From the NCBI GenBank assembly GCA_051294375.1, contig JBJCIZ010000374.1, positions 2,760-33,097 of the forward strand: DNA of 30,338 bases. The letters run 5' to 3'. The translations under genes were made by a program, and so were the position numbers. Positions within the stretch are counted from its first letter, which is position 1; every line of letters begins with the position of its first letter. Under the pieces are notes generated by a model. It searched no databases. It was given only the letters and a program-made list of their open reading frames with translations, and was not told the DNA's origin. This document shows positions 11,215 through 22,266 of the stretch, piece after piece. This DNA is from Paraspadella gotoi. Its lineage: Eukaryota; Animalia; Chaetognatha.

Positions 11215-11490
11215 ATCTGAAGAGTTGCAGGTCAACGAAAAGGCCATCCATCTGATATTTTTTATGAATTTTTTATTACTGAATTAGAAAAATATAATAG
11301 AGAGACATTTTTAAATTCAACTTGTATCCTGGAAAATGAAATGTTTTTAAACTTTAACCCTGAATTCTTTCTAACTGGATCGCGTTTATCAAAATGTCTC
11401 TCTATTACATTTTTACAAATGTTTTTAAGATTGCTAATCAAATTTTTAATTCAATATTATTGCAGTCGTTTAGGCTGCAACTCTTCAAAT
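11215..11490. repeat. Degenerate foldback/MITE-like inverted repeat
   Basis: TGAAGAGTTGCAG pairs with CTGCAACTCTTCA; nested AATAGAGAGACATTTT pairs with AAAATGTCTCTCTATT. Confidence 0.5.
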
Positions 11491-11877
11491 TCAGTGTAGA
11501 TTCATTGTAGCTCGAATTTCTTACCATCTATTTAACTGAAGATTTTGTTCATGACTGGAAAACCAACGAGTAACGAGATTAATTGTTTAATTCTCCCCTT
11601 CTAAACTAACCCATACCGTGTTTTAACTTCTTACCTAGAATTTTTTAACAAACAGATTGAAAACAAATCTTTAAAAAATATGCTTACCCATTTAACTTAA
11701 CAGTTTTGTTATTTACCCATTTAAAAAAAATGATTAAAAACAGAATGTTTACATATAAATAAAAACTTATTTTTTTATTACTGATGATTATAATGTATTT
11801 CTCGATATATTAGCTCTAATACATCAATGATTACGTATTGGTTATGCTGAATGACCTTTCCTCTTAACCAAAAAATT

Positions 11878-12352
11878 AATTTTAAATTTAACTCTAATTT
11901 ACTCTTAACTTACCCTTAACCCTAACTTACCCTTAACCCTAACTTACCCTTAACCCTACCTTACCCTTAACTTATTTTTACCTTAATTTATTTTTTTAAT
12001 TAACTTACACTTATTCTTAATTTATTCTTTACCATAATTTATTGTAACCTTAATTTTTACCCAAATATATATTGGTTGTACCAATTTTATATAACAAAAA
12101 TAAAAAATATTTAAAAAAATTATGATATCTGAATTCCTTTATTTTTCCCGAAACATTATCCTCTTCCATTCCATTTTCGTTCTTTTTTCATTAATTCTTT
12201 AAGAAAAACCTTGCTCTTCGTTTTCCCATAGGCCTCCAGAGGGCATTGATCTCCAGGAATGCCCTATTCGGCATCAATGTAAGTAAGTTAGGGTTAGAGT
12301 TAAGTTTGGGTTAGGGGTAAGTTAGGGGAAATTAGAGTTAAATTTAAAATTT
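11878..12352. repeat. Inverted arms with a telomere-like 17-bp minisatellite (AACTTACCCTTAACCCT)
   Basis: AATTTTAAATTTAACTCTAATTT vs AAATTAGAGTTAAATTTAAAATT; CCCTAA-type units on the left, TTAGGG-type units on the right. Confidence 0.65.
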
Positions 12353-12755
12353 GGAGAGAGAAAGATATCAAGGTTAAAATTGCCTCTCTCTCTATCTCTC
12401 AAAATTAGTATCCAAATATTTATTAAAACTATTAAAACTGGCTGATGAAGGTTCAAAAAACAATAACCAAAACATATCGAATTATTAAATGATCGTAGTT
12501 ATCACAAATAAAAATTATATTTGTAAATATCTATCAAAAGCAATATAAAAAAATTACAATTATTAATATTTAAAAAACATTTTTTAAAGAATTAAAAAGA
12601 AATCCTTAGCTCGTGAAACTTAAAAAAGTTTTTAATATCATTGTTGTTACGATCTTAAATTTTCTTTTCTGTAAAGAAACGAACTTTTATTTTTTCCTTA
12701 CTTTCTCTTCGTTTTCCCATAAGCTCCAGAGCGTATTCAACTCCGGGATCGCCAT
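12352..12755 (+). repeat. Interspersed repeat with Penelope pLTR-like segment, uninterrupted copy
   Basis: (CT)n tract followed by CTGATGAAGGTTC..AACCAAAACATATC at ~12436-12483. Confidence 0.65.
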
Positions 12756-12873
12756 TAAAATTATAAATATTACTATAAAAAAATTTTGAAATCTTAAAAT
12801 TTTTTAATGTTAACAAGAAATTACAGCTTTTAAAAAATTCTTACGTTTTCTTAGTAAAATTTTTTTAAAAAAT

Positions 12874-13170
12874 TTTGGTGGATTTCCGCATCTCAATGGC
12901 GGCGGCAGGAGCCATGTCGGCTGAAGGATTATGGCCTCCTGGACAGGGGAGACGACGGATACATCGAAGGCTATTTTCCGGCCGTCTATCCAATTAGGGA
13001 TGTAGATATCGGCGGGTCGAGATAGGGATCAAGGGACGAGACCAGGAGCTTCCTTCTTCGGGTGAGGCAGGCGAGTTGTGCCTCTGAGTGGATTTTGTCC
13101 CGAATCCGGTCATGTCGGCCCCCCTGGACCCCGTGGTCGTCGCGGCAGTGCAGGGTGGTCCCCCAGGTCG
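12874..13170 (-). pseudogene. Restriction-like endonuclease fragment of a CRE-type non-LTR retrotransposon
   Basis: With frameshifts reads WGDH.LHCRDDHG..GRHDRIRDKI..KEAPGL..SRPADIYIPNWIDGRKIAFDVSVVSP..AAAIEMRKSTK: the CCHC end, RHD, RPAD and DVxV motifs. Confidence 0.75.
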
Positions 13171-13332
13171 AAAAGAAAAAGAAAAAGATAATCGAGGAAA
13201 AAGATAGGAAAAGAATTAAAAATTTAAAATTAAAAAATAAAATAAAAAGTGCGTTTTTTAAATGTTGCCATTGGTCCGTTGAATGTCGCTGTCTTTAGTC
13301 TTTGTTGCTTCGACAACAAAAGAACATACTCA

Positions 13333-13590
13333 AAAGCCATGGCTCGCGACCAGAACGCTCTACTCGTAACAAAGAGAGATATAATATATTATAATATAAT
13401 TATTAATATAATATAATTTATAATATAATATATAATATAATTTATAATATAATATATATATAATTTTTAATATAATATATATATAATTTATAATATAATA
13501 TAATTTCAGCGGGAATTATGTTTCACAATAAACGAGCCACAAAAATCCTCTTCCTGAAGCCGCGGTTGCTCGTCGCAAGCCATGGCTTTC
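13333..13590. repeat. Short inverted repeat enclosing an AT-only microsatellite
   Basis: AAAGCCATGGCTCGCGAC vs GTCGCAAGCCATGGCTTT (17/18); TATAA-type tract at 13379-13506. Confidence 0.55.
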
Positions 13591-14179
13591 GGATTTTGAT
13601 TCGCGATAGAGTCAATTAGCGCGTTTGGTCCAATATAAAATGTTAATCGAAGCAAAAGCCCTTTGTTTTCTTCGGATTTATTTAACGTTAGAATATTAGC
13701 CTCGCGCTCCACCTAAAAATGAAAGTAGAGACACTGTACTTTCTAACCATGTATTCAAAAGGGACATTCTTCATGGGCATGACGTTGGGAAATTGAGCTA
13801 AAAAAGGAGTTCATTTGATTACCAAACAAGCAATCAAGCTTGGAATTTTTTTACATTTTTTTTAGATCAATAGAGAGAGAAAACCATGGGCTTTTCATAT
13901 ATAAAGTCAAAATGAAGTATGGTTCTTTATTATTGAAGAACGAGCTGGTCTACGGAGAGTAAGTTACGAATGGGTCAAACCAGTCAACTTCAAATGCATT
14001 TAATACATGAAAAATGAAAATTCCGCTCGCGCTCCACCTCGATGCCCTGCCCAAGACCCTACACTTTCAGAATCTACCCATATTATTACTATTTTATAAA
14101 GGCTTGACCATGGGATTTTATATAGAATCGATTTCAAGCGAAACTTGATCCACCCGTCGACCGAAACGACTGACATCCC

Positions 14180-15839
14180 AATAATAATGAGCGCGAGAAT
14201 AAATAACAATGACTTTTAATGAACTACTTTGTTTATCAAAGTAGGAATGTAAACGAGAATGGAATTTTAGGCCGAGAGAAATATTATTTACATTTTTGTA
14301 ATTTACTGAATTCTTTCTCCCAATCTTCACTGCATCAGGTTAGATGTTCCACCCACAGGGACTTGGGAGGAGATCTGTAGCAACAAAAAGAAAATCAGTG
14401 AGAGAATCGCGCCGGTAATCACAAGGAGCGCTTGGGAAGCTGAGAAGGCTGACCCTGCAGCCGTCCTGAACCCTGATCAAGTTCAGGAGCCAGCAAAATT
14501 GACAGATTGGCGCAATTGGCAGGAAACGGACGAAGACCTGCTGGTATTGAAAAAATGGCTAACGGAGGGAGCTCCGGGAAGAGCCCAAGCCCGATTGGAA
14601 TAGTCCGGCTTTGAGATCATATTATGCATCGTTACCACAGTTTAGTCTGCATGACGGAGTCATTGTCAGAAAATGGACTGACGCCATGGACCCAGATAAA
14701 GAGCTCAATTTACCAGTGGTGCCAGAGGATCGTGTGGTTGAATTATTATTCAATGCTCATGAACTCCAAGGGCATCCAGGGGTCACTAGGATGCGGGATG
14801 TAATCAAGGATAAGTACTATTGGTACTCACGCGATGTCACCATAAATGAATATGTGATGACATGCAACATTTGTGCCAGGAAAGCAAACCTCAGGGCACC
14901 CTTAGTCCAGGACAAAGCTTCGTTTTTCAATGAACGAGTAGCTATAGATATTAAGGTAATTGTATTGAACTAAGTTCGGAGAAGTGGCGTCTTTGAATTC
15001 TAACTGACTGGACTAATTCTGCGCATTGAAGACCAAATGGAATCGGTATAAAATGGCGCAGAAGAGACGATGGCGCCGGTCCAGACGCCCTGGAGATGCT
15101 GACGACAAAGTCTCAGTAGTCGACGTCGGCTAAGGCCGAAATGACGACTGTCTACGAAGCCCAGGACTTGACAAATGTTGATGTAAGTCTGAAGAAGAGT
15201 CTTTAAGTTAGAAGTCCTGGGCAAGGAATAACAAAACATTTAGTACAAACTCAGCAAATATATATAAATTTAAAGTGTCTTTCTTACTTGTTTCTGAAGC
15301 CAATAATAAACAAAATAGAGATGCTTCTCTTCATAGAAAAGTCCACCAAACCAGCGATCACACAAAAATAAGATTCCGAGATATCTGAATAGAGAATTTC
15401 TATGCTCTGAAAAGAACTAAAAACCCAGTGACAACTTTGAGATCTGAAGATGCCACGTGGCCAGAATTCGATAAGAATCTTAATCGAAATCCATCGAAAT
15501 CACGGGCACCAATCAGAATCAGCTGTACACTGCCTTCGGAATTCTGTACTTAGGTATAAACAAAAGAAAGAGCCTAAAGATGTCGTGTCGATCGCTAGAA
15601 TGGGAAGCATTTTCGATGTCAGTAATAAAGAGCAAAAGAGCAACGGGGAAAAGGTAGAGAAGCTGGATTTCCTCGTAATATTAGAGATAGTTATTTCGTA
15701 ACAGTAATGACAAAACCATCGAGACATGGTTTTGTGGCAATCTTATTGATAGTAGATTATTTCACTAGATTTGTGTCACTGACAAATCTAAAATCACAGA
15801 CCGCAGAGGAAGTGTGGACGGCCTACATGGACAACTGGT
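14180..15839 (+). repeat. Near-identical direct copy of 6627-8282
   Basis: Starts inside the AGT..ACT LTR, includes the solo LTR; about ten differences, mostly 1-2-nt indels. Confidence 0.95.
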
Positions 15840-16570
15840 GTCATTTTTTGGCGCCAGTTTGCAATCCACACGGATTTCAGTGTGCAGTTTGCCGCTCAAA
15901 AGGCTACAGACCTTTTAAATTAATGNNNNNNNNNNNNNNNNNNNNNNNNNGGAATTCACAAGACCCATACTGTCTCTTTCCATCCTCAGAGTGATGGTTT
16001 AGCAGAAAGACAGATCCGAACCCTAAATAACACCTTATCTAAAATCCTGATGGAGGTTGAGGCCGAGCAGGAGAAATTAGGTGTGAAAGAGCAAACTGAT
16101 TGGGGAGATTTGACCCAGATGATTCAGTTTGCCATGAATGCCTTACCCTGTAAATTCACAGGGTTTAGTCCGTTTCGAGTCTTGACCGGACAAGGTATGA
16201 ATGTCCCGTTGTCATTGACCTTTCCATTGGAAGACTGACGACAGGTGCGTGAAGTTACCTAGGGCAATTAGCATTAAGCCCAATGACGTCCGATCGTTTA
16301 GCGCCCAATTCTACAAAGAGCCATTTGTCATCACTAGGAAACTGAGTGATGTCAACTATGTCATCTGCCCAGATGGCGAGTGACGGATTGGCGGAACATG
16401 GCCGAAAGGAATGCCGAGTGGTCCACGCCAATCAGTTCAAGTTGATCGAGGATTCCATCGGAATCCCTACCCGAGAGGTTGAGAAGCGAGATCAAAACAA
16501 AAGACCATTCCGAGAGAGAAAAGTCCCTGTTCATTTACAAGACTATGATCTAACTAATGAACGAAATTAA
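14333..16570 (+). pseudogene. pol: Integrase, copy 2, through to the C-terminus
   Basis: HHCC; AID | VDYFTRF; IHTD; FHPQSDGLAER; TGFSPF; GPY/F-like EPFVI..VNY..VVHANQFK; terminal RPFRERKVPVHLQDY. Frameshifts and an N gap at 15926-15950. Confidence 0.9.
14961..15703. mobile_element. Solo LTR, duplicate of 7409-8146
   Basis: Same termini; TSD GTAAT at 14956-14960 and 15704-15708. Confidence 0.9.
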
Positions 16571-16799
16571 CAGGATTTAGTATGAATGATTGCTGACTAG
16601 CCAATGAATAAAATAAGGTAAGAAGTTTGGAACAAAGTCAAATAGATATAAAAATACCAGGGGTAAAAACAAAAAACAATAAAAGGCAATGGAAAAAATT
16701 TAAGTTTGCCTAAAACTAACATAATAAACTGACTAATGTAACAGGAATGAATAATAAAATAATAATAATAAAAACTCGAAATGTTAAACAAATAAATTT

Positions 16800-19628
16800 C
16801 AAAGAGATGAGTAACGCTCCGGCGGAACTCCGGGGCGGGCGGTGGCGGCGACGGGTGGAGGTCTACCAGGACTTCGATGGTTCCACCCCCTCCTAAGGAG
16901 TCGTCCTCGCGGGAATCAACGGCCGCTGGGATCATTGAGATCTCGTGCGACTAAAAGCCGCTAAGATGACGAAAGAGAAGTGGCGTCGAGTGGAGCGTCT
17001 CAATGGCCGCTCGCGCTCGGCGCCGACAGCAGCGGCGGAGAAGGACGACGAGGAGGATGAGGAGTGCTGTTGAGGCCGCCCCCGCGGTGAAACAAATCAT
17101 TTTCTGGAAAAAAGATAAAATCAGTTTTAATTAAATAAAATAATAAAATAAAATAATAATAGACAAATAGAAATATTCAAAGAACTGTTCCAGGCTCTTA
17201 CCGAAAGAGATTCGGAGTGTCGGCGGGGATGGCGGTGTACCATGACGTGCGGCCACGGTGATCGGGAGAGCGGAGGGGGCGTGACGCCCGACGCTCTCCG
17301 GCGTTTCCGATGTCGATGTGTTTAGGGGGAGCGATGAATGGGTCATCATCGTCGTTGCCTCCGTCCGCTTCGTCTCCTTTGTGGTTTCCTTCGTCGTCCT
17401 CGTCGTTACGGTCGTCGTCGTCGAGACGGTCGTCGTCGTCGTCGTCGAGACGGTCGTCGTCGGGGTAGTGAGGGGGTCGACTAAGATGATCTGCAAGTCG
17501 TAACCCCATCCCCTCGCTGAACGGAAAAATAAAAAGAAAAAAAAAATAAAGGATCGGCGGAATAAAATAAGCTATGGTAATAGATTAACAAATGAGTAAG
17601 GACAAATTTTACCTTTCCTGTTTGTTGTCAGGGAGGAGACAAATTCTCCGGGGCCCCGTCAAGGAGTTGTAAAACTATGTCGTCGAGATCCCCAGGAGAA
17701 GAGGTTGATTCCCCTTCTAGGAGAAAAGGGAGATTCGCCACCAGGGTGTCAATTTCCCGAAAGGTGGGAGATGGTGGCAAGGTCAGGTGGAGGGGAGCGA
17801 TTATGGAAGCCTCCGCGGAAGCAGGTTGAGAGAAATCCTCCACCATCTCTTTGATCCAGGGGTCGGCCGCAGACGAACATGGAGTGGGTTCGGTGTCGTC
17901 GACCCAATGGACGAGGGGGGTGGCCAAAGGAAGAGACAGTCAGAAAAAATGGCCTCCGAAGAGGGGAGACTTTCTGGCGGATGAGGGGCCGGGAAAATGA
18001 TCTCCGGAACGGAAGTTTCGGGGTCTGGAGTGGACGAAGAGGACGGTTCCTGAAGGATGATATAGATGCGAGAGTTGGAAGCGTCCAGAGTCGTGGAGGG
18101 AGGCGGAACCGCCGCTTCCGAATGGAAAGTTAGAGATGGCTCTGGATGCGCAGGAGAGGAAGTGATTTCACTCTCCTGCCAAACAATCTCTGGGGCGGCG
18201 CGACGGCGTTTCGGGGGATTTTGGAAAAACGTCTCTTTAGGGGACGGAGCTCGGCGGCGGCGACAACCTCGCCCACCAGAGCCCGTGGAGACAGGTGAGG
18301 AAGTCCGAGTTGAGGTCCGAGTCGGGCGAGTCGGACCTCAGATCCCTTTCCAATTGGGGCTGATAAACGAAGGGCCGAGGACAGACCAGGGGATGGGTGG
18401 CGGGCATTTCCATTCCCGGTCCGAAGAAAATCCCTGGGAGGAAATGGGGATTAACAGTCTTGGACACCCAGCTCCTGTTTTGAACCAAGGTTCGAGCCGG
18501 GGCGCATGAGGCCCCTCGATGTAGAAGAAACTGGCGCCGGTTGGCCACTGGGGGCGTGGTGGGGCGCGAGATGGGGTCCGGGATGGCATGAGGCGGTGGA
18601 TGGTACCTATGAGTAAAAGGAAAGAAATGTGAAAAAAACTATACTAGATAAAAAAGTAAGAGAATTAGAGAATCAGCAAGAAAACATAAATGAGAATTCC
18701 AAAATAACCTACTGGTAAGGAGGATCCTCCGAGTGTAAAATAGTGCTGGGTTCCACTATCTCGAAGGTGCCACGTAGGGGGAAGGTGGAACGTTGTGCGG
18801 CAAAAGGGAGCGGAGAGTCATGACGGTACCCCGAGATCCAAGGGGAACCGCCGAATATCCACTGTTCCCATCGGACTTGGCGCTCAGCCTCCGACGGGAA
18901 CTGACGACGAGGATGAAGGAGCCGGACAACTAAGGCTTCGCACCAGGAGTGTTGGGAGCGCCGGGGAAGCACTCCCACGTAGTTCCCAGGGACTCTGATG
19001 CAACCCCGCAGATCCTCCGTGGCCCCGACAGGGGGATCCCGGTCAACTCGCCACCCCATGTGGGGAAAACGGGCAGCTGCGTCGACGGCCGGGTAGCTAA
19101 GCAAGCAAAAGGGAAATCGAGATAAAGGATTGGATTCAAAGCAAAATATAAATTTAATTTAAATTCAGGACAAAATATGTTTGAACTGCTGACAATTGAA
19201 CTGCTGACAACTGAACTGCTGACAACAGTCTATTATTTTGTTTTAAACAAAATATTAAGAGATGCTTACCAGTTCCAAAACGGTGTCGTGCTGAGGTGTA
19301 CAGAACCCTGGGAGGATCTCCGTACTCCAAGGTGTGCATTTCCTCTGACAAATAGAGGCGGATCGGTGCACTGGCAGGTCTGTCTCTCTCGGGCGGCGAA
19401 GATGCCGCGCCGCCTGACGCAGCTCGAGAGTCAGAACCTCCGTGTGAAGCCGAAGAGTGAAGGGAGCCAAGAGAGTGATGGGAGTGGGCCGGACGAAGCT
19501 TGAAAAGATGAGAGATAGGACCCAGCGGAGTTGGTTGGGGTCTTGAATCTCGACGGGCGTTGGTGAGAGACCGTTGGGAAGAAGTGTCGAGGGCCCGGAT
19601 AGCCAAGCCACCAACGAAAATGTATTCC
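16800..19628 (-). pseudogene. Antisense multi-exon cassette (5 GC-rich exons, 4 GT-AG introns)
   Basis: Minus-strand introns 19269-19097 (GTAAGC..TTAG), 18712-18607 (GTAGGT..ATAG), 17612-17517 (GTAAAA..TCAG), 17201-17104 (GTAAGA..CCAG), each T-rich with a pyrimidine tract; further acceptor TTTTAG at 19630-19629. Confidence 0.7.
19182..19226. repeat. 3 x 15-bp tandem repeat TGAACTGCTGACAAY
   Basis: Seen directly, inside intron 19097-19269. Confidence 0.9.
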
Positions 19629-21140
19629 CTAAAAGCCCCGCACGACGAACTGAAAGAGCAGAAGGAAAATGCGGGAACATTTAAAAAAGGAAAAAACCAA
19701 AAGAACATCGAAAAGGAGATGAGAAATAAAATAAGCACCAAAGTAACCCAGTATTGTATAAATACAAGTAAAAAACTGTAAATAAAACCGAATTCCTCAA
19801 AATAAATGTATGTACGATTATAACCCGAGTGGGTAATCGAAATTATTCCTATTTTAGATATAAAACATATTATCTAGTTTTTGGTTTTGGTTTTGGTTTT
19901 TGGTGTGACATAATAATCCCTTTATTTAGAATGATTTTGAATGAAGGAGAGTTTTCTCCAAAAAGGATTTCTCGCGCATTTCGTCTTTTAATCAATGTTT
20001 TACCGTGCTTATTATTATAGTAATATCCAAACATTGCCAAGTTTCTAAACTGGTATGGAAATTATTAAATATCCTAATCCTTATGTTGTATTTGATAACA
20101 CGTTCTTATGACATATATTGTAATACTGTAATGGATACGTATAAATGTACTGTACTTACATGAGTAGGGTCCCGAAAAATGCCAGGAGAAAAGCCATGGT
20201 TGGGGAGATATAGGAGAAAATCTTGCTTAAAAAAAATTCAACCTTTTTCTAATAGAGATTTCCGTTCGAATCTGACTGCCCAACTTTACAAACGAGCCTG
20301 CAATAAATTCCGGTAGAAAACAGTTGTAAAAACACCCGATTCCGACAGCTTTGCATCTCAAGAGCTTGTTCCTTTCTCCTTTTGGCATTTGATAAAGATT
20401 TTACTATCAAACAAGCCAGGGGAAATGGACTACTCGTCTCCTGAGGATTTTCATACCTCATTTTTACTATAGAAATGAAAGGGAAATTTCACTTTTTTAC
20501 AAACGGGATTAGGGTATGTTAGCATTATAAATGGTACTTAGAATTGTGAGATTCCAAAAGCCTTGTGTCCCTAGCGCTCATTCTATTTTTCTTTTTATTA
20601 TTGACCAATTTTTAGTCGGATCTGCTTATCAGACAGATCCCGACTCTATAACTCACTTTTTCGGTCCGTCGGTCCGCCCCCTCAATATTGTCGGGCACAC
20701 ACTTATATCATGTCAGAACATCGAATTATGATAAATTATGCAAAAAAATGATGTCCGTCCGTCCGTCTGTCCGTCCGTCCGTCCGTCGTCCGTCCGTCCG
20801 TCCGTCCCACCTTAGCAAAAAACTCCAATTACCGTGATTGGATGGATGGATTGGTATGAAATTTTGTGTGTGGGTAGGAAACTGTGTGATTGAAGATGGA
20901 TATGAAGTTTCGAGGGAATCGTGCGAGTGGAAATTGGTTAAATGGAAAAAACAAAAAAATATATTTCTCTATTTGACGCCAATTGCTCATGAGTGGATAG
21001 TGCAATTGACTTGAATTTTGTATGATGGTAGGAAAGTGTGATCTGAGCCGGATATAAAGTTTCGATGGAATCGAGCGAGTGGAATGAGTTAAAATGGAAA
21101 AAACAAAAGTCATATTTACTTGAAGTATTTTTACTTAAAT

Positions 21141-21746
21141 TAGGGGTAGCCCCACTCAATGGATGAGTCAAAATTTAGAATTATTAATGCTCAACAAAAA
21201 TTTATACATTTTGAAGTATACTTTCAATGGACAAAACATTTCTTATGTGGCTCTATACCCAAATAATTATTTTTTAATATTTTATTTATAAATAGGAAAG
21301 GCCAAATTTTTTTTCATAATTTTTAAATTTTACGACCAGATTCAGATAGCTCATAAAAAGTTGTCTACACAAAGTATAATTCTTTTTTAAATATTTTCAT
21401 GTTAAGTGAGTCAAAATAAGAAAAAACCGTAAAAAATCATCATCATCATCATCTTTCGATAATTTATCAGTTTTTTATATTTTCACATAGAAAACGTAAG
21501 AATTTTTAAAAGCTGTAATTATATTTCTTGTTTACTTTTTATGCTCTATCAGAATCCATCAAAAAATTTTAAGATTTCAAAAAAAAAATTTTATAATGTA
21601 AAAAAAGACAAGTAATATTTTAATGTATTAATCAGAACGTATAATGTAAATTTTTTTTGAAAATGATTGCTTAAATATTTAGTCAAGACAACTAAAAATA
21701 CTTGGCTAATAGTCGAAATTTTATATTATCTCTGAGTTGGTCCCTA
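21141..21746. mobile_element. Non-autonomous hAT-like MITE nested in the HINE
   Basis: TAGGG..ACTCA / TGAGT..CCCTA imperfect TIRs; CTTAAAT duplicated at 21134-21140 and 21747-21753 (8 bp if one terminal base is shared). Confidence 0.65.
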
Positions 21747-21974
21747 CTTAAATTTACTCATAATTATTTTGTTTATTAAAAATTGGATAGATAAATCGAA
21801 ATTGAATTTTGTGTGTGGGTAGGAAAGTATGTGATAAAGCTGGATAAAAATTTTTTGATGGAATCGTAGGAGTGGAAAAGAGTTCAAATTAGAAAACCAA
21901 AAGACCACATTTATTTGAATTTTTAAAGTTTCTCTCTCTCTCTCTGATTGATGATTGATTGATTGATTGATTGA

Positions 21975-22266
21975 TTGACCAAATTATGCTAATGACCAAT
22001 TATGCCAGTTGACCAATTCTGCAGTTAATCAGTTTTGCAAGTTGACCAAATTATGCCTGTTGTACCAATTAGGCTAGTTGATAAAATTATGCCGTAAACC
22101 AAATTATGCCGGTTGACCAAATTATCTTAATTGATCAAATTATGTCAGTTGACCAAAATTATGTCAGTTGACCAAATTATGTCAGTAGACCAAATTATGT
22201 CAGTTAACCAAATTAATGTCAGTTGACCAAATTATGCAAGTTGATTAAATTATGCAAGTTGACCAA
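21975..22266 (+). repeat. 18-bp minisatellite within the HINE
   Basis: GTTGACCAAATTATG(T/C)CA units. Confidence 0.9.

Larger units (their letters stand above)
2621..19800 (+). mobile_element. Decayed Ty3/Gypsy LTR retrotransposon with nested insertions and a long 3' region; 3' end not defined
   Basis: LTR-PBS-gag-PR-RT-RH-IN order. pol ends at 16570. Extension to ~19800 is inferred; no 3' LTR found. Confidence 0.85.

Noticed and set aside
11900-12330. Telomere or telomere fusion
   Set aside because: TTAGGG occurs only inside a degenerate 17-bp unit within a small inverted-repeat element.
16597-16800. Hydrophobic C-terminus of the 112-aa minus ORF as extra TM helices
   Set aside because: Read-through into T-rich, UTR-like sequence.
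18066-18509. Sense-strand env-like ORFs after pol
   Set aside because: Short GC-driven ORFs with no TM or signal features; splice signals point to the minus strand.
19630-19741. Signal-peptide-like start MVLILFLISFSMFFWFF of the 195-aa ORF
   Set aside because: Non-ATG start and T-rich sequence upstream of a splice acceptor; probably intronic.
19800-20600. 3' LTR or PPT of the Gypsy element
   Set aside because: No match to 2621-3010 was seen.
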